The notes under the pieces were generated by a model. The model worked only from the letters and a program-made list of their open reading frames with translations. It had not been told where the DNA came from and ran no database searches. Made by a program: the position numbers and the translations under genes. A DNA stretch of 64,000 bases from Raillietiella orientalis (taxonomy: Eukaryota): positions 186,001 through 250,000 of the forward strand of contig JAYWIR010000033.1 in assembly GCA_036172245.1 (NCBI GenBank), in the 5' to 3' direction. Positions 1 to 12,732 of the stretch are shown here, piece by piece. How positions within the stretch are numbered: position 1 is the stretch's first letter; each line of letters opens with the position of its first letter.

Positions 1-1508
1 TATCGGCGCCATCGCCTGCAGCCGCGGCGGAATTGTTGGCCTATGTGGAGGAGGGGTACAACCCCTCATTGTTCTACAAGGTAGGCAATTTATATTCTTA
101 AGAGAGCGCGCGCGCCTCCTCGAAGGGCATGCGCGCTCTCGATGTGAAAGAGGAGGAGCTTAGCGCTATGACCATCCGCAGAGGAAGTCAGTACGTTGAG
201 GTCATCTGCAGACATGCAGAGCTGGCCCAACGACTGCTTAAAACCCCCGTAGTGATGGGGACGCGCAGGCTTCTCTTCACTACGGCGGACCGCAGCATGG
301 TGGTCCACCTGTTAGGCGTCACCGCGCGAATGCGCAATGAACATGTTCGCGCTGCTTTGAAACAGTTCGGAACGGTCCACGCGCAGTGGACTTAAGTTTG
401 TCCCTTCGAGGACTACGCAAGGCTGCAACACGGCCTCACGGATGCGCGCGTGACCGTTCGGGAGGGCTGCACTCTTCCCCACAAACTGGTGGTCGAAGGC
501 GAAACCGTCGACCTCTGGTATGTGGGGAAGCCGAAATACTGTGGCTTCTGCAAGACGTCGGGCCACCTCAAAAAGAGGTGTCCCAATGTGCAGTGCCAAG
601 TATGCGGCACAATGGGCCACACGAGGGAGGTGTGCCCAAAAGCAGCAGTGCGGGTGGTTTCCAAGAGAAACCTTAAAAAACGCGCCCGGCCTCTGCAGAA
701 AAGACTGGCGGCGAAAGCTGCCGCGAAGGCTGTGCCACCCGCTCCCAAGACCCAGGCCGCACCCGAGACCCCGACGACCAACGCCGAAACAGTCAAGGGA
801 ACTAGGTGGAAGCCTGGGTGGCAGGTGGATACGGCCAAAAAATCAAAGAAGGAGAGGATCATGGAAAAGAAAATCGCCTAACAACAGAAGAAGAAAGAGC
901 AGGGTAGCGCGATAATTAAAGAGTGCAGCGTCGATATCGAACGCGTTCTTGATGTTGCCGAACGCTGCCGGAAAGAACTCGCCGCTACCGACGACCTCCC
1001 CTCTGTTGACACAGTCAACAGCGAGGGGAGCAAGCCGGCGGCGGCGTCCGTCATAGACACCACCATCGATGACGTAGCCTTCGCGCGAGCCGCGGAGGAG
1101 CTGGCAGCCTCGTTGCAGCCAGAACCCTCCAGGGCTGGTAAGAAGGCCGTAAGGCGTCCGGCCTCTTCTCAGGATTCCCCCACTTCCGACCCCGAGGTGG
1201 AGGCCGGAAGCGCAGCCTCCGTTTCCACGGCACCGCGCAAGAAGGATGGACGTAAGTCCACAAAGCCAAGGAAGCTCGTCTCCCCCGTCAAAGGGGAAGA
1301 GATGGCTTCCGCAAGCGAGGGTGCCATCAGCGTTGGAAACTCTCGGGACCCGTCGCCCGAGAGACTCCCACGCGCGGACACGGAAGGGATGGAGAGGGTG
1401 GAGGCCGAACAGGTACCTCAGGTGCCTGAGAAGGCCGAAACCCCCATGGACATCCCGCCCGCCTCGCAAGAGGAGGGCTTCCCCACACCTTAATCTTCCC
1501 AGCAGTAA
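1..1508 (+). pseudogene. ORF1 (gag-like, RRM-like region plus 2 zinc knuckles), disrupted
   Basis: ORF pieces 129-395, 450-881 and 1113-1493 match the other ORF1 copies; ends at TAATG overlap with ORF2. Confidence 0.85.
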
Positions 1509-4500
1509 TGCCGGGAATCTCCTCCCGCCGTCGTCTGCGCATCGCCGTTTGGAACATGAACGGCATGACAGACGCCGGCAGGAGACGAGACATGGCCGCC
1601 CTTTTGGAGTCCTACGACCTTGCGCTGCTGCAGGAGATCCACGTGATCTCTGCAGAACAAGCGCAAGAGTTCGAACGGATCTCCGGAGGGCGGCTATGGT
1701 ACAGGTGTGGGAGAGCGAAAAGTTGCGGTGTTGCCTACCTACTTCGGCCAGCCGTCGAGGAAGCGGCTCGGGACGTGCGGTTCGACGATCACGCTCGTGT
1801 CGGCCAGCTGACTCTCAGGTGGTCCGACTCGATCGATCTGATCGTCACGAACGTGTACGCACCGAGCGGCAAGGACCTGATGAACAGCAGGGCTAGGAAA
1901 AAGTTTTTCCTTGCCCTCCGGCGAGACTGGCTGACCGAAGCAGGCGTGCGGAATGCCCATCTGGTTGCAGGCGATTTCAACGTTCGCCTCAAGCCAGATG
2001 GGCAGAATCCCGAGCGTGACCTAGTCAACGAGGTGTGCATGGCGGTGCACACCTGTAATTTGTTGGCCAGTGCACCGGGGATGGAAGACAGCATTGACCA
2101 CGTGTTTCTTGACGAGCACCTGTGCCCTCGCGTGGGCAGGCGCGGCAAGTTATTGTGCGAGCTGTCCGACCATCGCCCGCTAGTCCTCGAGATCCATCCG
2201 CGCGACAGGGGCCTCCCATCTTCAGCGTGGCGTCTCCCATGGGACTGGCTGAAGCTCCCGGACGCGGCGGAACATCTCCGCACGTTCATACGGAGCTTCA
2301 GGCTGCGGACACTCCAGGATTGGGACCGCTTCAAGCGGTCGGTCCAGGAGTTCTGCGACGAGTTCCCTCTGCAACGCCCACCTACGGGTTTTAAGACCGG
2401 GGTCCGTAACGAACGAGCCTACCTGCAGGCCCGTCGTTACGCCAGGACCCCCGACATCCGCAGGCTGGCGGAATACAAAGCGGAAGCCGAGAGGCAAGCC
2501 TGGCAGTCCGGATCGGCGAGCTTACTGGACGATCAGGGCCAGGAGCACTCGGCACCTGCCCGAATCCGCGGCCTGCTGCGGAGTTACTACTCCTCCCTGT
2601 ATGCCAGGGCACCTCCGGAGAGGAACGTCGCACGACTCCTGCTTCCGGAATGCGCTCCAGCGATCGGGGAGGAGCAGAGAAAGACCCTCGACGAGCCTTT
2701 CACGATGGACGAGATCCTCTCTGCCATCGGGAAGCTGAAGAAGCGCAAGGTTCCAGAGGAGAACGGCGTGCCCGCGTAGTTTTATCAAACTTTCGCGGCT
2801 GAGCTTACCCCCCTGATACAGCAACTCACCTTGCTGATACGCGAAACAGGTGACGTTCCCGCCTCGTTTCGTTCGGCAAAGGTGCGACTCCTCCCTAAGA
2901 TAGGAGATCTAAGGAGCATGAACAACTGTCGCCTCATCACAATAGTGAATGCGGACGCCAAGTTGGTGAATAAGGTTTGGGCAGAGCGTCTGGGACGGGT
3001 TGCCAACATCTTCATCAGCCCGGAATAGACATATGCTGTTCCCGGGCGAAGCATATAGGCGAACCTGTTCCACGCTTCCACCTGGCTAGAGCTCCAACAT
3101 GAAAGGAGCTTGGTGCGCAGCCGGAATTCCAGGGCGTGCGCCGGCAAGGGGTTGGATAGTCGAGTGTAGGACGGAGCCCTTGCGGTAGCAATCGACTTGC
3201 GGAAAGCATTCGATTGCGTCGACCAGAATCTCCTTCTGGAGCTTCTGGAACGCTTGGGCTTCCCGGCCTCATTAGTGGCCTATCTGCGCTCCTGCTGGCG
3301 CGACGCGCTCATCAATGTTACTTTCAGCGAACAGACCGTGCATGGCGTGCCGGTGCGGCGTAAGATCCGGCAGGGAGACAGCCTGAGCCCCTTGCTCTTC
3401 AGTACCTACATTGAGTTGGTACTGAGAGCGTACAGGGGAACTCTGGCGCACCTGCCGCACGACTGTGCCGGTACGCCGGCCGTTCCAGCATACGTGGACG
3501 ACCTTCTGCTGCTGCTCCCTATGTCCACCACGGCTACGGCGGTCGATGAGTTCTTCGACCTGCTGCATCGGGGAATCGGACTTACGGTGAACAGGGCGAA
3601 GTCGTCCGTGATGCCAGTTGGTGCGGCGTGGGCAGGGCAGCAGGACTGGGTCCGTTTAGGGATCCCCACGGTAAGGTTCTTCAAGTACCTTGATGTGCCG
3701 TTGGGGGACTACTCCCCAGAGGAAGCGTGGTCCGGCTGCCTTGAAAAAGTAGAAACGGCGATCGGCCCTTTCCGAGGCGGCAGGTTTTTCCTGCCTGAAC
3801 GGGCCGCGGTTTGGAACACGTTCGCGGCTCCTCTCCTCCGCCCCCTGCTTTTTGCTTGCTCCCCCACAGAGAGGATTAAAAAGCGGAAAAAGGACCTCCT
3901 CCGTATCGCCCTTTGGGGCAACGGGAGGGCCCGAGTCCGCTTAAATGTCTTGTGCGCTCCTCGTCGGGATGGTGGTCTGGGCCTCCTGACGCTGGAGCGG
4001 CTGGAGCTTCAGCTCCAGTTCCGCTTGTCGGCACTCGTTCCAGAGTTGTGGTGCACCTGTTGGTGCGTCCCTGCACGTCTCCTTCTCCAGGAAGCAACCG
4101 GCAAGACGGGACTGACGTCGTTTCTAGCACTCCGTCGCCGCGTCAACCGATGCGGACTTCAGCTACGGAAAGTGGCTGCGCTGGCAAGGAAAAATCAAGG
4201 ATGGATCACCTGTCTATCCGCGAACGGTAGTGCCTGGTTGCAGGAAACCGTTCGAACGTGGGGACAGTTCGGCATGCAACGCTCCCAACAGGAACGAAGG
4301 TTCCTGTTTGGGGGTTACAGAAGTTGCACGCTCCGCGAGACCCTGAAGGATCCAAAGAAGAGAGCGTGGGCAGGAAGAACCCCCTCGATGCTGCGCTGCC
4401 TTTCCTGATGAAAGATCTGGACAGCGATGTTGCGGCGAAGTGGGTGGTTACAGTAACAATCTCCGGAAAGGAGAAGAAGATAGGAGAGTGGAAGACGGGC

Positions 4501-5087
4501 CAGTTAACAGACGCTGCGACCCCGAGTACGCCTCATAATGGACTTCTGCGCTGGGGTGCGCTGCTCGATGTTCCCATTGAACATTTGAAGTGGCCCCCGG
4601 TGCTCATGAACACTTCCGCCCTCCTTTCAAAATGGCAGAAGTCAATTCTCCTGTTGCAGCTCTGGGACTTTCCTGCAACGCCCGCCGACACCACTGGACC
4701 TGGGGAGCGGTGTACCCTAATTGCGTCAGGTGTGGGGAACGGGAGTCCCTCCCCCACCTGCTAGTGGATTGTGTTGCCCTTCGGCCCCTTTGGTTTCGCT
4801 TTGCCGCGGCCATCGGTATCCCCTGCGGCAACCCCAGGAAGGCACTGAAAGCCCTCTTCGTTGCCGACGCCCTTCGGCTAGCGGCCTCGTTAGCAGCTTT
4901 GTGCTGCCTACGCGGGATCGTCACCGCTTGGAGCAAGGCTACGGGAGGACAACGCGACCAGGGTGCCATCCAGCCAGCCTCCCAGTTCCTGAGGAGGGCG
5001 TCCCGATGGCCCCACTTGGATCCAGGAATACAGAAGGAGCATGCCGGCATCCTGCAAAGGATGCAACGGCCCCACCAGCAACTGTGA
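1508..5087 (+). pseudogene. ORF2 APE endonuclease/reverse transcriptase, disrupted by stops and frameshifts
   Basis: WNMNG, LLQE, NVYAP, AGDFN, SDH; KAFD, RQGDSLSPLLF, YVDD; CVRCGERESLPHLLVDC. Confidence 0.95.
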
Positions 5088-5304
5088 TCCCTTCCCTTAC
5101 CCTCCCAACTTTTCTTTTCTTTTTTGTTTTGTTTTTTGTATTCCCCCCTTCCCCCTGCTGCTGTGGTGGACCGTACCGGTCTGCGAACCGGTGATTCGGC
5201 AGGCTCTGTGTTTCTTCGTGCGTGACTGGAGCAATGGTCCAGCCACCGCACGTTTTTGTAAAAGTTTATTTTCCAATAAACGCCCGGCGAAATCCGGGTG
5301 AAAA

Positions 5305-6556
5305 CCGAACGCCCTGTGGAAATCGACTGCGAGCGCTAGGGCCCCCTTCCCCGCCCGGGGGTCACTTCTCAGTCCGGCTGGCGGCCCCAATGTGGGGTTG
5401 CCGACTTTCCCTATCCCTTTCTTTTCTCTTCTCTGCAGGTGCACCCATGTGCTTGCGAAGAAGCGGTTGCCATCCATACTTCGCCCGGGAACAGCATAAG
5501 TCTGCTCCGGGCTAATTAGGGATTCTGCCACCTGCCCCAGACGCGAAGTCCATAGCCGTGCTATTAACTTGGCGTCCGAATTCACAATCGTGATCGGAGG
5601 CCAGTTCTTTAAATTCCTGACGTCTCCTTCTTTCGGAAGGAGCCTCACTCTGGCTGACCGAAACTAGGCGGGAACATCGCCTTCGCCTCGGATCAGCCTG
5701 ATCAACTTATGCAGCAGGGGTGCCAGCTCTTCCGCGAAGCTCTGAAAGAACTCTACGGGCAAGCCGTCTTCCCCTGGAGCCTTACGCCTCTTGAGTTTTT
5801 TGATACTGGCGAGAACTTCGCCGGTGGTAAAAGGCTTGTAGAGGCTTTCCATCTCCTCCTCCCCTATTGCCGGGGCGCCATCCGGAAGCAAGCGTCGAGA
5901 AACGTTCCGATCCGGGGGCTCCCTAACGTAAAGAGAGGAATAAAAACTTCGCACGAGATGCCGTACCGACGCCGGGAACGAACATTCCCTGCCCTGGGCG
6001 TGCAGCAAGCTGGCCGACCCGGATTGCCAGGCTTGGCGTTCGGCCCCGGCGCTGTACTCGCCCAGGCGACGAACATTAGGGGTTCTTTCGTACCTACGAG
6101 CCTGTAAATAGGCCCGATGGTTGCAAGGACCCTCGTTGAATCCGGAAGGCAGGCGGTCCAGGGGGAACTGCTCACAGAACTCGCGGACGGATTCTTTAAA
6201 AAGGTCCCAGTCCTGGAGATTCCGGAGCGTGACGCCTCTCAGGTATTCGCGAAGGTGTTTCTTCGCACCTGGGAGTCGCGTCCAGTCCTCCGGCAGACGC
6301 CAATCCTAGGATGGCGGTCCTTTGTCTCGAGGCAGCAACTCGAAAATTAACTGGGAATATCCCGACAACGTCGACGCAACCCTCCCCCGTTTGCCGACCC
6401 GTGAACACAGGTCAGCGTCGAGAAAGACGTGGTAGATGCTGCGGACCCTTCCCCTCTCACCCGCGAACAAGATGCGAGCACGCATGGCGGCGCACAACTC
6501 GTTCTTCGCGTTCTCTTGTGTTTCTGGCTCACCTGATAGCAGACGGAGATTGAAAT
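5305..6556 (-). mobile_element. Family T copy 1, downstream part of ORF2 (from APE GDFN to RT AF[D/G])
   Basis: FNLRLLSGEPE, KAPGEDGLP, PEQTYAVPGR, AVDFHRAF; continues exactly from 19876-22213. Confidence 0.9.
6533..6556 (-). repeat. Target-site duplication, downstream copy (partner 19876-19896)
   Basis: Minus strand ATTTCAATCTCCGTCTGCTATCAG versus ATTTCAATCTCCG---GCTATCAG. Confidence 0.85.
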
Positions 6557-9500
6557 TTATCACCCGGTCACGCCGGGGCGTTTATTAATAATAATAAACT
6601 GGTCAGGGACAATGTCCTCAACCAACAGGACGACAGAAAACATAGAAAAATTACCGGCACGCAGGCCTGGTAAACAAACCGCTCGCAGCGTGGGGGAATG
6701 AGGGGAAACAAACAAAAATCAAAAACTGGAGGGAAGGGAAAAGGGTTTTTGGTAAGGCTCCGTACTCACGGGGATTTAAACGATGAGCACCTCGAATGTC
6801 TTGGAGCCTATCGGGACGCGGGTGTAAAAAGAAAATACAAAATTAGTTTATGGAGGGTAGGGCAATGATCACCGGGTTGGCCGCTGATGAGGGTGTGTAA
6901 ACCGGCGGTGTATTGCGGCGAGATTCCTCTTTGTCTCCTCTGTCAAATGAGGCCATCTAGCGGATGCTCCCATGTAGAAGGATGCTTTGCTGATTACCTC
7001 TTGGTGCTGTCCGTTGATTACCAACGCCTGGCGTACGGAAACTATCGCGCGTATGCAACCGATGGTTGCAATCCTTGCGCTTAGTGACAGCCCGCTCGGC
7101 GTGAAGAATCGTCGCAGCAAGTCTCTTGCGGTGTCCACGGGATGCATTAGTGCTGTTGCCAGCCTACGCCACAGTCCTCGTAGGACACCGCAGTCCAGAA
7201 GTAGGTGCGGAATCGACTCCGTCGATCTGCACCGAACGCAGTTCGCAGACGCAAGTCCCCCGGAGTCACGATGCCAACGCACGTTGCACTGAAAACCCCA
7301 GTGAACGAAAAGCAGCACACTTGTTTCCAAGCAAGGAAAAGCAGCGAACTGTCCATACACTGTGAAGGGACTACAAGTTCTTCGGGGGTGACAGCAAGTT
7401 CTTCTGCCCACCGGAGGAGTCCCTTTGCAGTAACACGAGGAGTGGCAACGTCCGCCAACTCACTCGTCTTCCAGGCGCCAAGGATTTTGGTTTTTCCCGC
7501 TATCGTGCAGGAAACCTCCCACCTCGGCGGTTGGTAACTGTCGTTTCTTGCCCTGAGGGCAGACAGCGCTGCGGCAAGAGGCGTGGCAGCCAGGGTAGAA
7601 AACTTCACCTCGTCCTGCAGTACCTCTTTCAAGGATCGTGGAAAAAATTGACGCAGGGGGCGAAGATCTTCAGGGCGTATTCCTTGGAACGCCGCCCAGG
7701 ATTCAACAGACTCCTGCCGCCAAGCTTCAAAGTTCATTGGGAGGCAGGAGATCCACGAGTGAGCTTCCAGAAGTGCGGTCAACTGCCGCAATGGAAACCC
7801 GAAACCCCGCTTCCTGTATTGAGTGCCCGGCAAAAGCGAGAGAAATTCTCCGCTGCCGGCGCATCTCCGCAGGAGAATGCGGGCTGGCACACACAGGGGG
7901 GATGTCCATAGCTGGGCACACAGTGCCAGCAGTCGGAACTGCACCTGCAGTCCGATTCGCTCCATTGTCAAGATACCCAAACCAGCATCCCGACGCGGAG
8001 CTAACAAATCTTTAAGGCGGATCCTGGATCTCGCCGGACCCCAGAGAGCGTTCCTGAGCAGGCGTTTAGCCCGCTGTTTTGCCGCATAGGGGGGGTCCAA
8101 AACAAAAAACAGGGGACGGAGGAGGGGGGCCACAAAGGTGTTCCAAATAGTCGCCCGTTCCTGCAAGGTAAACTTGCCGTTAAAGAACGGGTTGATGGCC
8201 AACTCTGCTTTCTGAAGGCAGTCCGCCCACGCTTCGGCTGTGCCGAAAGCGTCCAACGGAACACCAAGTTACTTAAAGTACCCGCCCGTGGCGATCCCCA
8301 GGCGGATCCAGTCGGACTGCCCCTCCCACGACGTACCCACAGGAACGACCACGCTCTTCTCTATATTCACGTTCATGCCCGCTCCCCGACGAATCAGGTC
8401 GAAGAAATCCTCGACACTGGACGCCGGGGTGGACATGGGGGGCAGAAGAAGCAGGTCATCAGCGTAGGCGGCCACGGCAGGCGTTCCCGGGCAGGAGCTT
8501 GGCAAGTGAGACAGCGTCAGCCTGTATGCTCTTAGCACCAACTCAAAGAAGATGCTGAAGAGCAACGGGCTTAAGCTGTCGCCCTGTCGGATGCCCCTAC
8601 GAACGGGAATACCATACACGCGGCAGCCGCTGAAAGTCATGCAGGTTAGCGCGTGGCGCCAGCACGCGCGCAAATACAGCAGGAGTTGCGCCGGGAACCC
8701 AAGGCGTTCCATAAGCTCCAAAAGCAGCTTCTGGTTTACGCAGTCGAACGCCTTGTGGAGATCGACCGCGACCGCCAGGGCACCTGGCGTTCCCTCCTGC
8801 CGTCGGCGCCTGTTCTTCTTGCCTGCGGCAGTGACTTTCGCAGCAGCCTGGCTTTGCTGCGCCACAACTTCCTGCAGCTGCATCCATGTACGCGCGAAAA
8901 GGATGTTCGCCTCCATGGATCGTCCCGGAACCGCGTAGGTTTGTTCCGGGCTCACCACAGATTCCGCGATACTTCCTAGCCGCGGGACCCACAGCTTGGA
9001 AAACAACTTGACGTCCGAGTTCTCCAAGGTGATCGGACGCCAGTTGTTAAGTTGGCGCAAGTCTCCGCCCTTCGGCAGGAGACGCACCTTCGCTGAGCGG
9101 AAGGAATCCGGGACATTCCCGGATTCCCTCATCCCGGATTCACTCATCAGCGTCGCGAGTTTCAGCATCAAGGGAATGAGCTCCACTGCAAAGCACTGAT
9201 AAAACTCTGCAGGGGGCCCATCCTCGCCTGGCGCCTCTCGTCTCTTCAGCCCAGCGATTGCGGACGAAAATTCATCCACCGTGAAGGGCTCGTCGAGACG
9301 TTCGCCTTCCCTATTCGCCGACAACACGAGCATCCTGAGACAGAAGTATCTCAGAAAGAATATCCTCCGTCGGGGATTCCGCGTACAGCGAGGATAAGTA
9401 GGGTCTCACAATGCGGCGTACTTCGGCTGGGGCCGAACATTTCTGGCCCTTGTCGTGCAACAGCCATGCTGCTTGGACTGCCAGACCTGGCGCTCGGACC

Positions 9501-12410
9501 TCGCCTTGTACTCTGCGAGACGCCCGACATCTGCGCGTCTCGAAAACGTGCGGGCCTGCAGAAAGTCTCTACTGTTGGCCACGCCCTCTCCGAAACCGCG
9601 TGGAAGCCGGTGAAAGGGGAATTGGCAGCAGAACTCGCGGACAGATCTTTTGAGATCGTCCCAGTCCGCAAGTTCTTGAATGGGAAAGCCTCGGAGGTAT
9701 ATACGTAGATGCTTCGCAGCATCCGGTTGGCTAAGCCAATCCGCCTGCATCCTCCAGTTTTGGAACGGAGGCCCCTGCCTGGCGGAAGGATCTCAAACTC
9801 CAACCTGTGGTGGTCAGAAAGCCTAGTCAACAATCTTCCTCTCCAACCCACACGCGAATGCAGGTTTATATCGAGGAAAACGTGATCGAGCGATCTTTCC
9901 ATTCCAGGTTCGCTGACCATCAAGTTGGCGGCGTGCGCGGACGCGCACATCTCGATAAGCAGCGCGCGTTCCCTCGGGGGGCTCCAATCGTCGGAGAGCA
10001 GGCGGACGTTGAAGTCCCCAGCGACGAGGTGCGCCACTTGGAAACCGGAGTTGTTGAGCCAGTGGCTCTGCACCTCACCAAAGAAAGCTACTCTTTCTTC
10101 GAGGTAGCGAGAGCCACTCGGCGCGTAGACGTTCGTAACGACGAGATCGATGGACTCGGACCACTTGATGACAAGCTGGCCTATCCGTCCGTTGTCATCG
10201 AAACGAACACAACGCACCGCTTCCGCCATTTTTCCTCTTACGAGGAACGCGACGCCGCACGTGTGTGCGCCGCCGCACCGCCAATGTAGCGTTCCGCCTG
10301 CGCGCTCCTCGATTTCGGCTGCCTGCTCGTCGGAGATTACGTGAATCTCCTGCAGGAGCGCGAGGTCGAAGGGGCGCAGGGCGTTGGCTACCAATCGGCT
10401 CTTCTCGTCATTCTGTATTCCGTTCACGTTTCAACACGTTACGGACAGACGACAAGAAGACGCGATTCCCGCATTACTGCTGGGAAGGTGGCGGCTTTTT
10501 GCTCGCTTTATCCGGCGAGCAGACGGCGAGCAGCACGACTGGCTGGACCCCGTCGGGTTTCGTGGAGACTTCGCGTTGCTTCGTGGCGAGCGTTGCCTGG
10601 CTGCCTACTTTTGATCGGCGCGCACACGCTTTCGAGCGAGTTGTCCTCGTCTCGGTGATCGGAACGGCATCCATTTCGGAGTCCGACCGGCGCATGTTCG
10701 ATCGGGTTTCGGCCTTCCGCGAAGTAGTGACAGGTTCTGCTGGATTGACAGCTGTCCTGTTGTCATTTTCCGTCACAAGGGCATCGCTTTTGGTGACGGC
10801 TGCTTTCCCGGCGCGCGCGTTCTCAGCGTGCTCACGCGCAGTTGCACGAGGGACCTTTGCTGAAGTCTTCTTTACTTCATTACGGTTCCTCACTTCGCGT
10901 GGCGCCGTAAATGGAGATTCTGCTCCATTGCCATCTTTGAAGCCATCCGCGTCTTTGGACGGGAGCACTTTGGATGGCTTCGACACGCTCGTCATGGACG
11001 CTGCCTCCGGAAGGGCTTTCAATCCCTTCGTTGGCATGGCATCCGCGCCAGTCGAGAGCTTGCTCTCCGACTGCGACGGCGTGAGATTTTCCTCCGCTTT
11101 CGCAGTGTTCGATCGCGACGCGGATTTTTTTTTGCCGACTTTCGAAGTCGACACGACACAACCCTTCTTACCCGATTTGGGCTTATCAGACACTGCAGGA
11201 GGTGAAGGAATGGATCTGACGGTACTGGAAGTGTCCTTACCGCCGTTGTCCATTGACGTCCCCGCCGGCTGCTCGAACTCCGAAAGAGCCGGGCGTGCTT
11301 GGTTAGGACAGCTATTGCGCCTATGGGGACTTACCATTGCCCCGGATTCCCCGCACCCTTTCTTTTGCGGCTCCCCTGCCGCGAGAGGGGGCGCGCAGGG
11401 CTTCGCTTGCGAGGTTTCCTGCTGCTTTGGGGCGACATTCCGCCTCGCGTATTTCGGAATTTCTGCCGTGGGGTCTCCAGATTTTCCGCAGATTTTTTCT
11501 TTTTATCCGCGCTTTGTTTCTTAAGATGAAGCTCCGCGGCTGCCTTTTTTCGCAAAAGATCCGAGCATTTTTTCAATTGGTGCCCGGATAGTTTGCAATA
11601 ACGGCAATTTCCAGAGGAGCATTTATCCAAATAATGCCCCTTCTTCCCGCATTGCTCGCACGTTCTTACTTTGCCCACGAACCACAGGTGAACGACCGTG
11701 TCTTTCACCTGTAGTTTCGTGGGCAGCAGAAGGCGGTCCGGCATTGTAAGCCGGACTCCAGCGACTCCGCTATGTATGGACGGGAAGTCCTTGAGGTTGC
11801 TACGCATCCTCCACAGCGCATGGACCGTGGCGAATTTCGCGAACGCGTTCCGAATGTCAATATCGGAGATTTCCGACTCGATGTCGAAAATCTCCGCCAC
11901 AAATGAGTCGTCCATGGCGGCCGGGAAGACCTTCTGGCCACGGATCGACAACGGGGTGCGCAGCAAGCGTTGCACAAGTGCAGCGTCTTTGCAACGCACC
12001 TTCAAGTACCTCATGTCTTTTACGGGCATAATGGCGAGAAGGTCCTCCTCCCGCACGCCAACACGGGTCAGTTCATCGTTGAACTGATTCCCGTCGCGCG
12101 CAGAAAGAAAACCACTCACCTTATATCGGAGAGCAGGTCTATTGCCTTGGGCTACGTATGCCCGCAACTCCGACTCGTCGAGTGGTTTCCCTTTGACGGC
12201 TGCTGTGGCAGCAACGTCAGCAAAACTCCTCTCCATTGGCGACAAAGACGAAGTAAAGGCGGCCGTCGGTTCCGCGATTGCAGATCCGGATGCTGTTCCT
12301 CCAACTTCAGTAGCTTCAAGTTGGGTCGATAACGTCGTCAAAATGTACGACGCCAAGATCAAGCGGATGAAAGCACGGAGACAAGAGCGAAGAAAAACAC
12401 GTCCGCACTC
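6557..12410 (-). mobile_element. Family G copy A, full-length, frameshifted
   Basis: 5' GAGTGCGGACGTG at 12410; ORF1 about 12333-10474; ORF2 10474-6869 in fragments with YADD and CVRCRSTESIPHLLLDC; 3' hairpin 6557-6586. Confidence 0.95.
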
Positions 12411-12732
12411 GATTGAAATTTATCACCCGGTCACGCCGGGGCGTTTATTAATAATAATAAACTGGTCAGGGACAATGTCCCCAACCAAGAGAACGACAGA
12501 GAACATAGAAAAATTACCGGCACGCAGGCCAGGTAAACAAACCGCTCGCAGCGTAAGGGGAATGAGGGGAAACAAACAAAAATCAAAAACTGGAGGGAAG
12601 GGTAACGGGTTTTTGGTTAGGCTCCGTACTCACGGGGATTTATACGATGAGCACCTAAAATGTTCCGGAGCCTATGGGGACGCGGGTGTAAAAAGAAAAT
12701 ACAAATTTAGTTTATGGAGTGTAGGGCAATGA

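Larger units (their letters stand above)
1..5304 (+). mobile_element. L1/Tx1-type non-LTR retrotransposon, family F copy a (5' end outside window)
   Basis: ORF1 knuckles CGFCKTSGHLKKRC and CQVCGTMGHTREVC; APE, RT and zinc-finger ORF2; ends AATAAA CGCCCGG CGAAAT CCGGGTG AAAA (5275-5304). Confidence 0.95.

Noticed and set aside
9117..9150. 15-bp tandem duplication in copy A and a 63-bp ORF1 indel between A and B (about 16398-16460)
   Set aside because: Ordinary copy-specific indels
10265..11524. Long antisense ORFs (419 aa here; 398 aa at 16321-17517; 397 aa at 48115-49308; 337 aa at 55275-56288)
   Set aside because: Shadow frames of GC-rich ORF1/ORF2 with no recognisable motifs or conserved boundaries
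12417..12732. Repeated 310-bp block (6557, 12420, 18335) as LTRs
   Set aside because: It is the 3' UTR of tandem non-LTR copies; no TG..CA ends, primer-binding site, protease or integrase
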